DNA of 59,172 nt from Candidatus Xenobia bacterium (GCA_045863235.1 BTUM01000050.1:1-59172), one strand, 5' to 3'; positions 1 through 9,829 are shown, numbered from the stretch's first letter. The notes: generated by a model from the sequence alone, not told the origin. Translations and numbers: made by a program.

Positions 1-700
1 CGCCGTTCTGATGGATGTGGTCGTTGCCCCGGCCGCCGTTGGCGTGCAGGTGGTCATTCCCACAGCCGCCGTTCTGGTCGATGTGGTCGTTGCCCCGGCC
101 GCCGTTGGCGTGCAGGTGGTCGTTGCCGCCGCCGCCGTTCTGGCGGATGTGATCGTTGCCCCGCCCGCCGTTGGCGTGCAGGTGGTCATTGCCCCAGCCG
201 CCGTTCTGATGGATGTGGTCGTTGCCCCGGCCGCCGTTGGCGTGCAGGTGGTCGTTGCCCCAGCCGCCGTTCTGATGGATGTGGTCGTTACCCCGGCCGC
301 CGCGGGCGTGCAGGTGGTCATGGCCCCAGCCGCCGTTCTGATGGATGTGGTCGTTGCCCCGGCCGCCGCGGGCGTGCAGGTGGTCGTTTCCGCCGCCACC
401 GTTCTGGTGGATGTGGTCGTTGCCCCGGCCGCCCCAGGCGGAGAGCAGGTCGCCGAAGCAGCTACCGTTCTGGTGGATGTGGTCGTTACCACAGCCGCCA
501 TTGGCAAACAGTACGTCACCATAAATCCCGCGAAGCCGGTCGTTGAAGCCGAACAATCGAGCCCCTGGACCGAGATCGGGAGTATCCGATGGACAGCACC
601 CGCCTCCCCCATAACCCACCGAGACCGAGCTCGCTCCGGCCGAGGTGTAGACCTGGCTCCTGTGGTTGCAGAGCTGCTGGTTGGCGCTGAGAACGTCCAT
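1..700 (-). CDS. His-rich RTX-like (GGxGND) 11-residue repeat protein, 3' end runs off the window
   Basis: Hand-translated; absent from the ORF track because it has no stop in the window. ATG at 700 with GGAGG RBS at 709-713. Reads MDVLSANQQLCNHRSQVYTSAG... then alternating GGRGNDHIHQN / GGWGNDHLHAN units. Confidence 0.85.
   Translation of the reverse strand, partial: MDVLSANQQLCNHRSQVYTSAGASSVSVGYGGGGCCPSDTPDLGPGARLFGFNDRLRGIYGDVLFANGGCGNDHIHQNGSCFGDLLSAWGGRGNDHIHQNGGGGNDHLHARGGRGNDHIHQNGGWGHDHLHARGGRGNDHIHQNGGWGNDHLHANGGRGNDHIHQNGGWGNDHLHANGGRGNDHIRQNGGGGNDHLHANGGRGNDHIDQNGGCGNDHLHANGGRGNDHIHQNG
5..499 (-). repeat. Coding tandem repeat, about 15 x 33 bp (66-bp super-period)
   Basis: Units such as GGCGGCCGGGGCAACGACCACATCCATCAGAAC alternate with ...GACCACCTGCACGCCAAC on the minus strand. 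Confidence 0.9.
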
Positions 701-719
701 CGTATTTACCTCCACCTTT

Positions 720-899
720 TTCTTGAACGGTTGGTTACAAGAGCTGTATCCCCTTAAAATTTCCTGACGTCTAGGGCGATTTGTTAATGTAGAGTTACAG
801 AGCTGTGTTGTTTTGTTAAGAGTACTAAGGGACCTGAACAAATAATGCACCCCTGGAGGATGCATTACAAATAATTAATAATTTAATTATATTTTAAAT
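720..899. promoter_or_regulatory. AT-rich upstream region of the repeat-protein gene with direct and inverted repeats
   Basis: GTTACA(A)GAGCTGT at 734-747 and 794-806; TTTGTTAA at 780 and 812; TAATGCA..TGCATTA inverted repeat at 843-867; nearly pure A/T at 868-899. Confidence 0.55.
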
Positions 900-2135
900 C
901 TAATACAGCTTCTCCATTCGCCGCTGAAGTTGATAAAGTGCTACCTCTGCGCGGGTCCCCTCATTCAATCCATGTCCCGACAGATCAGCACTGAAGTTCC
1001 CGTTGCGGGCTGCCTCCAGGTTCCGATCGATGCGGAAGGCGGCCTGCTCGTCGCGGCGATCAAGCTGCTCCTGCAGCCGCCGGGCCTCGAAGGCAGCCCG
1101 GTCGAGCTCGCCTTCGCGAGCCAGAGTGCTCCAGAACTGGAGCGACGAGCTCATCGGGTTGGAGTGGTCGAGCAGCCCGGCGGCCCGCTCCGCATCCAGC
1201 GCTTTGCGCTCGATGGCGGCGCGATCCTGGAGAATGGCCTCACGACGACGCTCCACGCCCAGTCGCTCGTGGGACAGGTGACTCTCGTGCTCGGCGGCCA
1301 GGCTGGCGTAGCGCTGGGCTTCCTGCTCGCTGGAAAGGGCCGCCTGCTCATCTTGAGCGATCTCCTGCTGCATCTGGTAGCGCAGCAACTGCATCCGCTC
1401 GACTTCCTCGAAACGCTCGAGGTAGGCGCCCGGGGCTTTGACCAGCTCGCCAAACTCCAGATCGAGCATGTTCAGGTCCGCCCGCCGCTCAGCCACCCGC
1501 GACCGCAACTGAGCCGCTTCGGCGCGCTTAGCCTGAGCGATCTCACGCACCTGGTGCACGACGCTCTCGCGGGCCGACAGATCACGAGCCTGCTGCTCGG
1601 TCTCGGCGGCACGGGCTTCGAGCTGGGACCGGTCCCGGGCCACTTCGTGACGCGCTTCTTCCGGCCGACCCGCGCTGCCGCCCTCGACGGGACGGACGCT
1701 GGGACGCTCCTCCCTGACCGCCGGGGTGGGCTTTGGGGCTTCCTGAGCTTGAGTCTGCGAGTTGGAGCGCCCGGCCTGGGACTGGGGCCGCGGGGCAGGA
1801 GCGGGCTCGGATGGAGCGGGAGCAGGGGAAGCCGGGAGCTTGCTCTCGGTGGCGTCTCCTGTCTTGACAAGCTCGGCCGACAAAGAGGCCTTCTTCACGG
1901 GGGAGCTGCCACTCGGAAGGGGCGCTTCGCCCAGGCTGGCTTCGGCCCGGGCCATGAAGTCGCCCCAGCGATTGCTCATCTCTTCCTGGAGGCGCTCGTC
2001 CAGGCTATCCTGCCCCGGAGCGGTCGGGGAGCCTTCTCCGGACCGGGCCACAAGCTCAGTGCGGACGAGCGGCTGGGTCACCTGGGCGACCAGACCGGCG
2101 TTGCTGACCAGCTTTGTCTCGGGGGTAGTGGACAT
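900..2135 (-). CDS. Hypothetical protein, Pro/Ser-rich N-terminus and long coiled coil
   Basis: 411-aa ORF with GGAGG RBS; E/R/Q/A-rich heptad region. Confidence 0.8.
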   Translation of the reverse strand: MSTTPETKLVSNAGLVAQVTQPLVRTELVARSGEGSPTAPGQDSLDERLQEEMSNRWGDFMARAEASLGEAPLPSGSSPVKKASLSAELVKTGDATESKLPASPAPAPSEPAPAPRPQSQAGRSNSQTQAQEAPKPTPAVREERPSVRPVEGGSAGRPEEARHEVARDRSQLEARAAETEQQARDLSARESVVHQVREIAQAKRAEAAQLRSRVAERRADLNMLDLEFGELVKAPGAYLERFEEVERMQLLRYQMQQEIAQDEQAALSSEQEAQRYASLAAEHESHLSHERLGVERRREAILQDRAAIERKALDAERAAGLLDHSNPMSSSLQFWSTLAREGELDRAAFEARRLQEQLDRRDEQAAFRIDRNLEAARNGNFSADLSGHGLNEGTRAEVALYQLQRRMEKLY

Positions 2136-2343
2136 CGAGCAAACCTCCCTGCAAGCTGGTTATCCCCCGGACGCCTGGACGGATTCAGAGGAAAAGTGTG
2201 AACTTTTCGTTTCGTTTTTGTAAATGAATGTGAACCCAACCTTCTGAGAACACGGGACTCCCGGAGTGATGCGGATCAGCCCATCGGAGGGTGCTCCGAG
2301 AGAGGGAGAAATCTTGACACAAAAAACTGTCCGCACCCCCAAA

Positions 2344-2381
2344 ATCAGAGAACGTTCAGGGTTGCAGGCTATTCTCAGGCC
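2344..2381 (+). promoter_or_regulatory. Direct-repeat promoter, leaderless: ATCAG-N6-TTCAG-N10-TATTCT-N6-ATG
   Basis: Same spacing as at 5740-5778 (-) and 37312-37349 (+). Confidence 0.6.
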
Positions 2382-3788
2382 ATGCATGTGGGTCTGTCAT
2401 GGAGTCCGTTCGCCCTGCCTGTCGGCGCTGCTCGACAGGGCGGCCGGGCCACGCCTGACCCGACCAAACAGGTCACCCGGGAGACCCTGAAAAATCCCGA
2501 GGGCGCGCTGGCCAAGGTGAGCCGAGAGCAACGTCGGACGATCGTCAACCAGATGGTCCAGTCCGCCCCCCACCTGGCGACCAGCCCCCAGCAACTGCGC
2601 GAGCCGCTCGACTCGCTGGAGCGGGAAATCCGCCTGACCGGCAAGAGCCAGTGCGGCTTCTCCATGGGGGTCGGCTTCACCGCCACCCGGACCTATGTCG
2701 CCTCCCCGCCTCCCCAGCGCGCCACCCTGCAAGAGGCGGTCAGCTCCTACCGCCGCTACCTGGACATCATTACCCACGCCGAAGGGCGCCGCGACCCCAA
2801 AGTCAGCGAGGCCGACCAGGACTCGGCCTGCACCTGCTTTGCCATCGAGCACAACTACCTGCATCGCCAGAGCGAACGGGTGGCTCTTTTCGAACGCCTG
2901 GTAGGGTTGCTGCACAGCCCCTGGAACGCCCTGGGCGTCCTGCAAGACCTCGAAACCGTTCCGGAGGAACGACGCGAAGGTGTGATGCATGAGCTGACTT
3001 CACGGGTGCAGGCTCTGCGAGCCCGAACGCTCTCGCCCCAGAACCTGACCGACGCCCTGAATGAAGGCGCGGGTCTGCACAATACCAGTCGCAAGCTGGC
3101 CCTGGCCGGCAAGGTGCAACGTCCTGGCGAGAGCCTCAACGACCTCTTCCAGGAGATTCCCGAGGCCAAGCGGGCCCTCTTCGGAGAGCTGAAGTCCGAC
3201 CTCTGGATCGAAGCGATCGGTGTGGCAGCGAGCTTCCGCCAGCCCTCGGAGACTCTGTCCGAAGGCACCAGGCGTTTCGTGCCGGCCTTCGCCAGTCTGC
3301 AGACCCTGACCGGGCTCGACTACCGTTCGACACTCGAGTTGATGGCCCAGCTCCCCGAGTCCAACACCGAGCAGGTGGAACAGCTCGAGCTTTGCGGGCA
3401 GTATCTGCGCAGCCTCAAGGACCTGCCTCGCGAGGTGGCCAGCGGGGCCTTGAAGGCCGCCTTTGCCAGCGACAAGAAGCCGATCGATGCTTTGAAGCGC
3501 TCGATGCGAAGTTTTGAGCTGACCGGTGACGTGCACGGTCTGGAGAAAGCGGCCGCCACCATTCACTTCAAACTAGAGAATGGATCTCTGATCGGAACCG
3601 AGGAGGAATGGCAGCGCAAGCTCGAGCACCGCCTCGAGGAGTTGCGCCTCTTCGAGCCCGACGCCAGAAAGGCGTTCGCACGGGCCAAACGAGAGTTGTT
3701 CGAAAGTCAGGGAAGCCACCTGGGCTCAACCGATGCCTACTTCTTGATCGGCTCCAGCCGGATCCCGATCCGCCGCCCCCTGCCCTGA
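2382..3788 (+). CDS. Hypothetical helical protein with variant of the shared C-terminal motif (YFLIGSSRIPIRR)
   Basis: 468-aa ORF, no signal peptide, starts MHV. Confidence 0.8.
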   Translation: MHVGLSWSPFALPVGAARQGGRATPDPTKQVTRETLKNPEGALAKVSREQRRTIVNQMVQSAPHLATSPQQLREPLDSLEREIRLTGKSQCGFSMGVGFTATRTYVASPPPQRATLQEAVSSYRRYLDIITHAEGRRDPKVSEADQDSACTCFAIEHNYLHRQSERVALFERLVGLLHSPWNALGVLQDLETVPEERREGVMHELTSRVQALRARTLSPQNLTDALNEGAGLHNTSRKLALAGKVQRPGESLNDLFQEIPEAKRALFGELKSDLWIEAIGVAASFRQPSETLSEGTRRFVPAFASLQTLTGLDYRSTLELMAQLPESNTEQVEQLELCGQYLRSLKDLPREVASGALKAAFASDKKPIDALKRSMRSFELTGDVHGLEKAAATIHFKLENGSLIGTEEEWQRKLEHRLEELRLFEPDARKAFARAKRELFESQGSHLGSTDAYFLIGSSRIPIRRPLP

Positions 3789-3868
3789 GGTCTCATCCCG
3801 CCCCCGCTGCGGCGCCGTCCGGGGAGGTAGGTCGGGCGCGGCGCCGCAGCGGGCTTATCGGGGTTGCC

Positions 3869-4084
3869 TCAGGATGCTTCCAACCAGCGGCGATCTTCCT
3901 CGGTCAGGGCTTCCGGGCAACCGGCCGCCTCGGCGAAGCGCTTCCAGACCAGCGCCTCCAGCCTGCGGCTCGGCATCATAGCCGTTTGCCAGAGATCACT
4001 CAAACTGACCCCCTGATGCGAAGCCCGGGACGGGCAGCATTCGTCCTGGCTCGACAAGAGCTCGGGACGGGGTTGGATCTCCAT
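3869..4084 (-). CDS. Small hypothetical protein
   Basis: ORF MEIQPRPELL...RRWLEAS fills an intergenic gap; start uncertain (track start 4120). Confidence 0.45.
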   Translation of the reverse strand: MEIQPRPELLSSQDECCPSRASHQGVSLSDLWQTAMMPSRRLEALVWKRFAEAAGCPEALTEEDRRWLEAS

Positions 4085-4206
4085 TTTGAACTCAGCCTTC
4101 TTTCTCACCAGCTTCTCCAACAGTTAAGACGATCCAGCAGGCCGATTTGTTTCATCCCGGGAAAAATATTTTCCTGACGACTGCGAGAGCCGGAAAACCG
4201 GCGCTC

Positions 4207-5739
4207 CTACTCGTCCCGCTTGCGAACCTGCACTCCACCCACGATGACCTTTTCCTGATCTTCTGAGATCTGGCGGTCGGGCTTGAGCTCGGCACCTGAA
4301 TCGAGCAGGTCGGCCATGCGGGCTTTGAGATACCAGTCCTCTTTCTTGAGGGAGGCGACCGAGTCGAGCGCGATGAGCTTCTGCTCGCCGGTGACGATCT
4401 GCACCCTGAGCTGGTTCTTCTCGGTATCCAACTCCACCTGACGCACCCCGGGAACGAGCTCGCTCTTGCCCGTGACCAGATCCCAGACGGCCACGTCTAC
4501 CGCGGCTCCCTCCCGGGCGGGAGCCGAGCGGGCAACCAGATAGGCCCCGTCCTGCGTGATCTCGGGCTCGAACTGGTGGCGTTCGATCTTTGCAAACCGC
4601 TCCGACTCGGGATAGGCCAGTGGACCCAGAGAGGTCGCCTGGCCGCTGGAGCGATCATACGTCCACAACTCGGGACTCTGTTTCCAGAGGACCACAGCGC
4701 TCTTTTGAAGGCCGCTCGCGCTGGAGCTGGGCTGCCAGGGACGCCAGCTGTCCCGGCTGTCTTTGATCCAATCGCAGTTGTCCAGGAAGCGCTCCACCTC
4801 GGGTAGCGAGGCCTGGCGCAGAAAATCGACCGATTGCACCCGCTCGCGCAGGCGGCGCTCGTAAACCTCGGGGAAGGCCTCGGAGAAGGGCACGAAGCGC
4901 GGTTCCTTCGCCTGCCCCGACCTGAACAGGTAGATGTCCGAGCCCACCCGGGCCGAGCTGGTCATGACCGCCAGGCTCCCGTCCGAAAGATACTCCAGGT
5001 CCTCGACCTTCTGGCTCAGCTGCAGCCAGGGCTGCAGGCCGTGCTTCCGGGTATAGCGGAGAACCCGGTCGTTCTGGGCCACGGCCACGCTCTTGTCGGG
5101 CCCCACGTCGAAGGCACCCGCATCCGGCGGCAGAGCGGTGAGCACCTTCTGGGGCAGCCAGCCACGCCGGCGCAGGGCGGCTGGCAGCTTGCCAAAGATC
5201 CCCTTGCGCAGGGGTACGTCCACCAGGTAGCTGGGGCTTTGCCAGCGCTCTTCCCCCTCATAAAGGCCTTTGTCGCGCAATTCCTGCAGGTCGCGCTCGC
5301 GCCGGCCTTCCTTGCGCGAGTCATACAGCGAGAACTGGCCCACGACGAAGGTCCCATCGCTGTTGACCGAGCAGCCGCTTGCCGAGCTCAAGACGCCGGT
5401 CCCGATGGCGATCTGCTCAGACTCCTCCCCGGGAACGGTCAGGGTCCAGTAATGCTCGGAGGGTCCGAAGCAGCCACCGCCGCCCGACTGGTGGCGAATC
5501 TCCACCCCCGTGTCCCGGCTGGTGTCGGTGTTTCTGGCATAGGAGGGCGAGTAGTCGTCATGGCGTGGCTTGAAGACCTGACGGATCTCCAGCAGCAGCT
5601 CGGGTGGGCAGGGCTCAGGTGCCCTGTCTGGAGCAACGGGGGCCGAGAGCTCGACCCGGTCGGAGGACCCCGAAGGGCGACCCGCGGCCTGCGGACGCGC
5701 GAGAAAAGAGGGGGTCAGGTTCACTCTGGTCACATGCAT
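4207..5739 (-). CDS. Hypothetical beta-propeller-like protein with shared C-terminal motif (KVIVGGVQVRKR)
   Basis: Starts MHV; low-complexity N-terminus containing DRVELS; beta-strand repeats (FDVGPDKSVAVA, LEYLSDGSLAV, ITQDGAYLVA, VAVWDLVTG). Confidence 0.8.
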   Translation of the reverse strand: MHVTRVNLTPSFLARPQAAGRPSGSSDRVELSAPVAPDRAPEPCPPELLLEIRQVFKPRHDDYSPSYARNTDTSRDTGVEIRHQSGGGGCFGPSEHYWTLTVPGEESEQIAIGTGVLSSASGCSVNSDGTFVVGQFSLYDSRKEGRRERDLQELRDKGLYEGEERWQSPSYLVDVPLRKGIFGKLPAALRRRGWLPQKVLTALPPDAGAFDVGPDKSVAVAQNDRVLRYTRKHGLQPWLQLSQKVEDLEYLSDGSLAVMTSSARVGSDIYLFRSGQAKEPRFVPFSEAFPEVYERRLRERVQSVDFLRQASLPEVERFLDNCDWIKDSRDSWRPWQPSSSASGLQKSAVVLWKQSPELWTYDRSSGQATSLGPLAYPESERFAKIERHQFEPEITQDGAYLVARSAPAREGAAVDVAVWDLVTGKSELVPGVRQVELDTEKNQLRVQIVTGEQKLIALDSVASLKKEDWYLKARMADLLDSGAELKPDRQISEDQEKVIVGGVQVRKRDE

Positions 5740-5782
5740 ACGCCTCATGCTCGCTAAAACGCCTGAAAAGAAATTGAAAGCC
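5740..5782 (-). promoter_or_regulatory. Direct-repeat promoter, leaderless: GGCTTTCAA-N5-TTTCAG-N10-GAGCAT-N7-ATG
   Basis: Nearly identical to the GGCTTTCAA-N5-TTTCAG element upstream of 37350. Confidence 0.65.
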
Positions 5783-5841
5783 AGGTCGGGAACATTCTCC
5801 CAAAGCGGGCTGTCCTACCGGAGATCCAGCAGGAGGTGGGC

Positions 5842-6359
5842 GTGACGATTCGAGTTTCTGACCTGGACGAAGCCGCTTTGCTCGAGCTGGCGCGCGCGGG
5901 CGACCGTGCGGCCGTCGAGCGGGTGGTAGAGTGCTACCAGGACAGCATCTACTCAATCGCCATGACCTTCACGCGCAACCCTCACCAGGCCGAAGACCTG
6001 GCTCAGGGGAAGCGTGGATCCGCGTCCTCAAGGGTCTGAGCGGTTTTCGCGGCGAGTCTCGCTTCACCACCTGGCTCTACCGGGTGGTGATGAACACATT
6101 CCTCAACGCCCCTCGGCCCCGCGAGACTGCTTACGAGGAGTCAGCGGTGGAGCGTGACGAGCTCGGCCGCCGGGAGACCGGACTGATGGTGCAACAGGCG
6201 GTGCGCGCCCTGCCTGACGAGTTCCGCTCGGTCATCGCCCTGCGCTTCATCGCTGACCTGTCCTATGCGGAGATCGCCGCCGCCCTCCAGATTCCACTCG
6301 GCACCGTGCAGTCGCGCCTGAGCCGGGGCCTGGAGCGGTTGGCGGCGGAATTGAGGTGA
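5842..6359 (+). pseudogene. ECF sigma-70 factor, frameshifted at GGGG 6006-6009 (true pseudogene or assembly indel)
   Basis: GGAGG RBS then GTG 5842. Region 2 (AEDLAQ|EAWIRV...FTTWLYRVVMN) is split between two frames; region 4 LSYAEIAAALQIPLGTVQSRLSRG is intact. Confidence 0.8.
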
Positions 6360-6365
6360 CATCTC

Positions 6366-6944
6366 ATGACCGTCAAGGTGAACATCATGCCCCGGGAAAA
6401 AGCCAAATGGTGGCATTTCGAGCCCCTGACGATGGTGCTGGCCCTGACTCTGGTGCTGGGCAACCTGGCCATGGTGGGCTACGGCCGCCTGCTGACCCAG
6501 CGAGTCGTCGACTCGCGAGAGCGGCTGACGGGGCTGGAAGCCCAGATCCGCCAGCAGGAGGAGCAACTGCCGGTTCTCAACCAGCGCGAAGAGCGCATCA
6601 GCAAGCTGGAGCGGCAGATTCATGCCATCAAGAGCCTGAAGGATGACCCCCTGCGCTATGCCCACCTGCTCACCCAGGTAGCCCTGGTGCTGCCGGCCAG
6701 CGTGTGGCTCGAGAGGCTCTCCATCGAGCCTGCCCGAGAGACGGTGGCTCTCAACGGCACGGTATCGGATCCCCTGCCCATGGGCACCCTGGCCACTCTG
6801 GTGGTGGCACTGCGCCAGAGCGGCTACTTCGATCACACCGAGCTGAAGACGGCGGTGCGCCAGGACCACGTCTTCACCTTCCAGCTCGAGGCTCACTACA
6901 AGCCCGAAGTGGCGGCCCGTCGCACGCCCGGAAAGGAGCTCTAG
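6366..6944 (+). CDS. pilN: PilN-like fimbrial assembly protein
   Basis: VNIMP N-terminal motif, one TM helix, coiled coil, LPASVWLERL, then YFDHTEL..FTFQL ferredoxin-like end. Confidence 0.75.
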   Translation: MTVKVNIMPREKAKWWHFEPLTMVLALTLVLGNLAMVGYGRLLTQRVVDSRERLTGLEAQIRQQEEQLPVLNQREERISKLERQIHAIKSLKDDPLRYAHLLTQVALVLPASVWLERLSIEPARETVALNGTVSDPLPMGTLATLVVALRQSGYFDHTELKTAVRQDHVFTFQLEAHYKPEVAARRTPGKEL

Positions 6945-7541
6945 ATGTCAGCACCCTTCAAGATCCTGGTGGCCGTCATTCTGCTCGGCCTTTGCCTGTC
7001 CGGCTACTGGCTGCTCGACTATCAGGCCAAGCTCAGTGAGCTCGACCAACTGCAGCGCTCGATGCTGGCAGCCAACCAGCGCCTGGAGGAGAACCGGGCG
7101 CGCCTGCAGCGCCTGCCGGATCTGACGGCCCGCATCCACGCCCTGGAGGCCGAGCTGAGCCAGCTGATCCACCGGCCTGGAGTGGACGACCCGGAGCAGT
7201 TCGTGACCGCCTACCTGGCCGACCTCGAGCGCCTCGTCCTGTCACAGCAGGCGACCAGCGGGGACGAGTCGTTCCGGCTTCAGTCGGTCACGCCGGGTCA
7301 GGGCCAGGAAGGGGAGCAAGCTCCTGACGAGGCCCTGGAGGGAGCTCCCCGACGGGTATTCCAGATGAGCTTTCAGGGCCGCTACGCCACTCTGGCCGAC
7401 TTCCTGGTCGAGTTGGGAGCGCTGCGCCTCGACCGGTTGGTGACCATCAACAAGATCGTTCTCGCACCCGTCTCCGGCCAGCGCTCCGGCGTGCTGGAGA
7501 TCGAGATGCCCGTGACCGCTTATCTCAAGCAGGGAGGCTAG
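6945..7541 (+). CDS. pilO: PilO-like type IV pilus assembly protein
   Basis: N-terminal TM, coiled coil, GRYATLADFL...LDRLVTINKI motif; directly follows pilN. Confidence 0.7.
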   Translation: MSAPFKILVAVILLGLCLSGYWLLDYQAKLSELDQLQRSMLAANQRLEENRARLQRLPDLTARIHALEAELSQLIHRPGVDDPEQFVTAYLADLERLVLSQQATSGDESFRLQSVTPGQGQEGEQAPDEALEGAPRRVFQMSFQGRYATLADFLVELGALRLDRLVTINKIVLAPVSGQRSGVLEIEMPVTAYLKQGG

Positions 7542-7543
7542 CC

Positions 7544-9135
7544 ATGGATCAGCCCCTGTCTGGCTTGCTGGCCCGGCGCCACAAGCGAGACACCCCGAAT
7601 CGAGCCGCGCCTGGTGGCTGGCCCTGGGACTGGCCAGCCCGGCGCTGGCCACCCCTACCCTGCCCTCCGAGCTGGTGGTCCTGGCTTCGGTCATCCTGGT
7701 GGCTGCCTACCCCGTCGCTGTGGCCTGCCGCAACGCCGCCCTGCTGGGCTCGTTACGCCAGGGGGGCTGTCTGGATGAGCTGTTGGGTACCCCCACCCGG
7801 CCCTCCGAATGGCTCGACGACCTGGCCTTCGGATCTGCCCGCGAAGTACTCTCGAGCTGGCGGTGGCTGACCCCGCTCTGGTGGCTGTGGGGTCTCGTCT
7901 GGCACCTGGGGCCGCTGGCCCTGGCGCTGCCCCTGCTGGGCCTGGCCCTGCAGGCGGGCGCAGCCTGGCTGGCCAGCTACGCTGCTGCCGCCGGGCAGAT
8001 CTGGTCCGCCGGCGAGGACGACCTGGCTCCCCGGGTCGTCTTGATGGCTCTGGGCCTCACTCCCGGCTTGAGCAGCCTGGTCCTGCCGCTGGGCCTGGGT
8101 ATGGCTCCCATCTGGCCGTTCAGCCTGAGCCTCATGCTGGCCCCCTGGCGATCGCTGGGTGTGTGGGGTCTGACGGCCGCACCCGCGCTGACCTCCCGAG
8201 CCCAGCAGCTGTGGCAGGGCCTGGTGGCCCGCACCGGCAATCCCTGGACCATCCTCCCCTGGCAACAAAACGCCATCGTCTACCGCGAGTCGCGCGCCGA
8301 GGCCCATCGCGTCCCCGGTCGCCTGCTTGGCCTGGTGCTGTGGCGTCACGGGCCGGGCCTGGCCATCACCTTCGCCCTGGCGCTCTCGATCGCGCACGCG
8401 AACCGGCCCATGTTCTGGCTGGGGCTGGTCGTGCTCTTGCTGGTGGAGACGCTGCAGGCCGCCTACCGCACCGTTTCCTCGCTGGTGGTGGAGCGCGAGG
8501 CCAACACCCTGGAGTCGCTGCTGGCCACCCCCCTGTCCACCCGTCACTGGGTGGACGGTTGGGCGGCGGTGGGATTCGTACCGCGCCTGGTGGACATGGC
8601 CCTGGTCGGACCGGTGCTGGTGATGATGGGATGGACGGTGGAGCTGGGCTGGCTGCGCGGGGCACTGGGCGCGACCGTGATCGCCGTCCTGGCAACGGCC
8701 GCAGCCTACGCCGGAATCCTGGCTTCAGCCCGCTCGAGCTCGCGCGGCAAAGCTCACGACCTCATAGGGCTGGAACTGTGCGCCCGGCTGTGGGGGGTTG
8801 GCATCCTGGCCCTGCTGCTCACCCTGGTGCTGCCGACCCCGCTGGCGGCGCTTCCCGTGCTGTTGACCGGGGCCCTCGTGTGGTGGCTGCGTCGGGCCTG
8901 CCTGGGCCAGCTCAGCCTGACTCCGGCGCTGTCCATCTCACTGCTCCGCCAGGCGCTGCGCTGGGCGGCCCCGCTGGGATTCTTGCGACGCCTGCTGGCC
9001 CGGCTCGAGCGCGATGGCCTGGTGGCTGGCCCCGAGCCAAGTCTGGGCCCCACGCTCAGCCTGGCCCTGGGATGCAAGGCCCCAGATGGCTTCGCGGCGC
9101 GGCTGCTGACTCGCCTGGAGGATCAGACGACCTGA
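7544..9135 (+). CDS. Polytopic ABC-2-type permease-like membrane protein, probable frameshift at CCCC 7593-7596
   Basis: ATG 7544 with RBS; one extra C joins it to the 7675..9135 frame. Two half-repeats (GCLDELLGTP, EREANTLESLLATPLS). Confidence 0.7.
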
Positions 9136-9577
9136 GCCAGCTCGACCACCCTCAGCTCGGGCTCGAAGCGGCGAAAGTGCTGAGCATTCTGCGTGACGAG
9201 GGTGGGAATCTTATGAGCGATAGCGGTGGCGGCCACATAAGCATCGTGCAACTGCTTGCCCAAGCAAGAGTTGCGCCCGATCAGCCGCAACCAGGTCAGC
9301 CAGGTCTCCTCACCATCGTCGAGACGGTTCGCGCGGGTCAGAAACTGGGATACGTTGCTCATGGCAGCCTCAAGATCCATTCCCAGGCCATTCTGACCGA
9401 CAGGACGCGTAGAAACAACCAGATATTCGCGCAGAATCTGACTGCTCAGGAAGAGGCGGGTTCCGTGGTTGAGCAGGGCGAGGGCCCTTCGATGAGCCTG
9501 CCGGCTCGGCGAAGTTGCGGTCAGGAGGACATTGGTATCAACAAAGAGAGGGAACCTTCAACGCCCATCGTCTCCAT
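9123..9577 (-). pseudogene. PIN-domain (VapC-like) toxin, frame broken near its start (CTCTCT at ~9545-9550)
   Basis: LFVDTNVLL...SQILREY...LHDAYVAATA...LVTQN motifs. The body is in frame with the antitoxin stop and has no in-frame start; ATGs at 9577/9568 are in another frame. Confidence 0.75.
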
Positions 9578-9791
9578 AGATCTCCTCGCGGCTCCAGTCC
9601 GATGATTTCGCGTCACCCGCAGCGAAATGCAGTTTCATAGGCTCGCGCGCAGGGGGCGGGGGGGAATCCTCAGCCAGACGCAGCAGGGCCAGCCGGAGCT
9701 CCATCTGCAGAGAACGATGGTTGGACGCCGCGCGCCGCTTGAGGGCCGCGAGAACCTCGGCGGGAACGTCCCGAATGTGGATAGCTGGCAT
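9558..9791 (-). CDS. FitA-like ribbon-helix-helix antitoxin
   Basis: MPAIHIRDVPAEVLAALKRRAASNHRSLQMELR...SREEIY, directly upstream of the PIN gene. Confidence 0.85.
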   Translation of the reverse strand: MPAIHIRDVPAEVLAALKRRAASNHRSLQMELRLALLRLAEDSPPPPAREPMKLHFAAGDAKSSDWSREEIYGDDGR

Positions 9792-9829
9792 GAACCCATG
9801 CTAGCACTAGCATTTTGCTACCGTCAAGA

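Noticed and set aside
5..499. 33/66-bp periodicity as a CRISPR array
   Set aside because: No unique spacers, variation follows codons, and no cas genes are present.
11..757. 248-aa Val/Ala repeat ORF on the plus strand
   Set aside because: Antisense shadow of the minus-strand GGxGND repeat gene, which has the RBS and a recognisable motif.
9123..9791. TA pair as a marker of a mobile element or prophage
   Set aside because: No integrase, transposase, phage genes, terminal repeats or tRNA site seen nearby.
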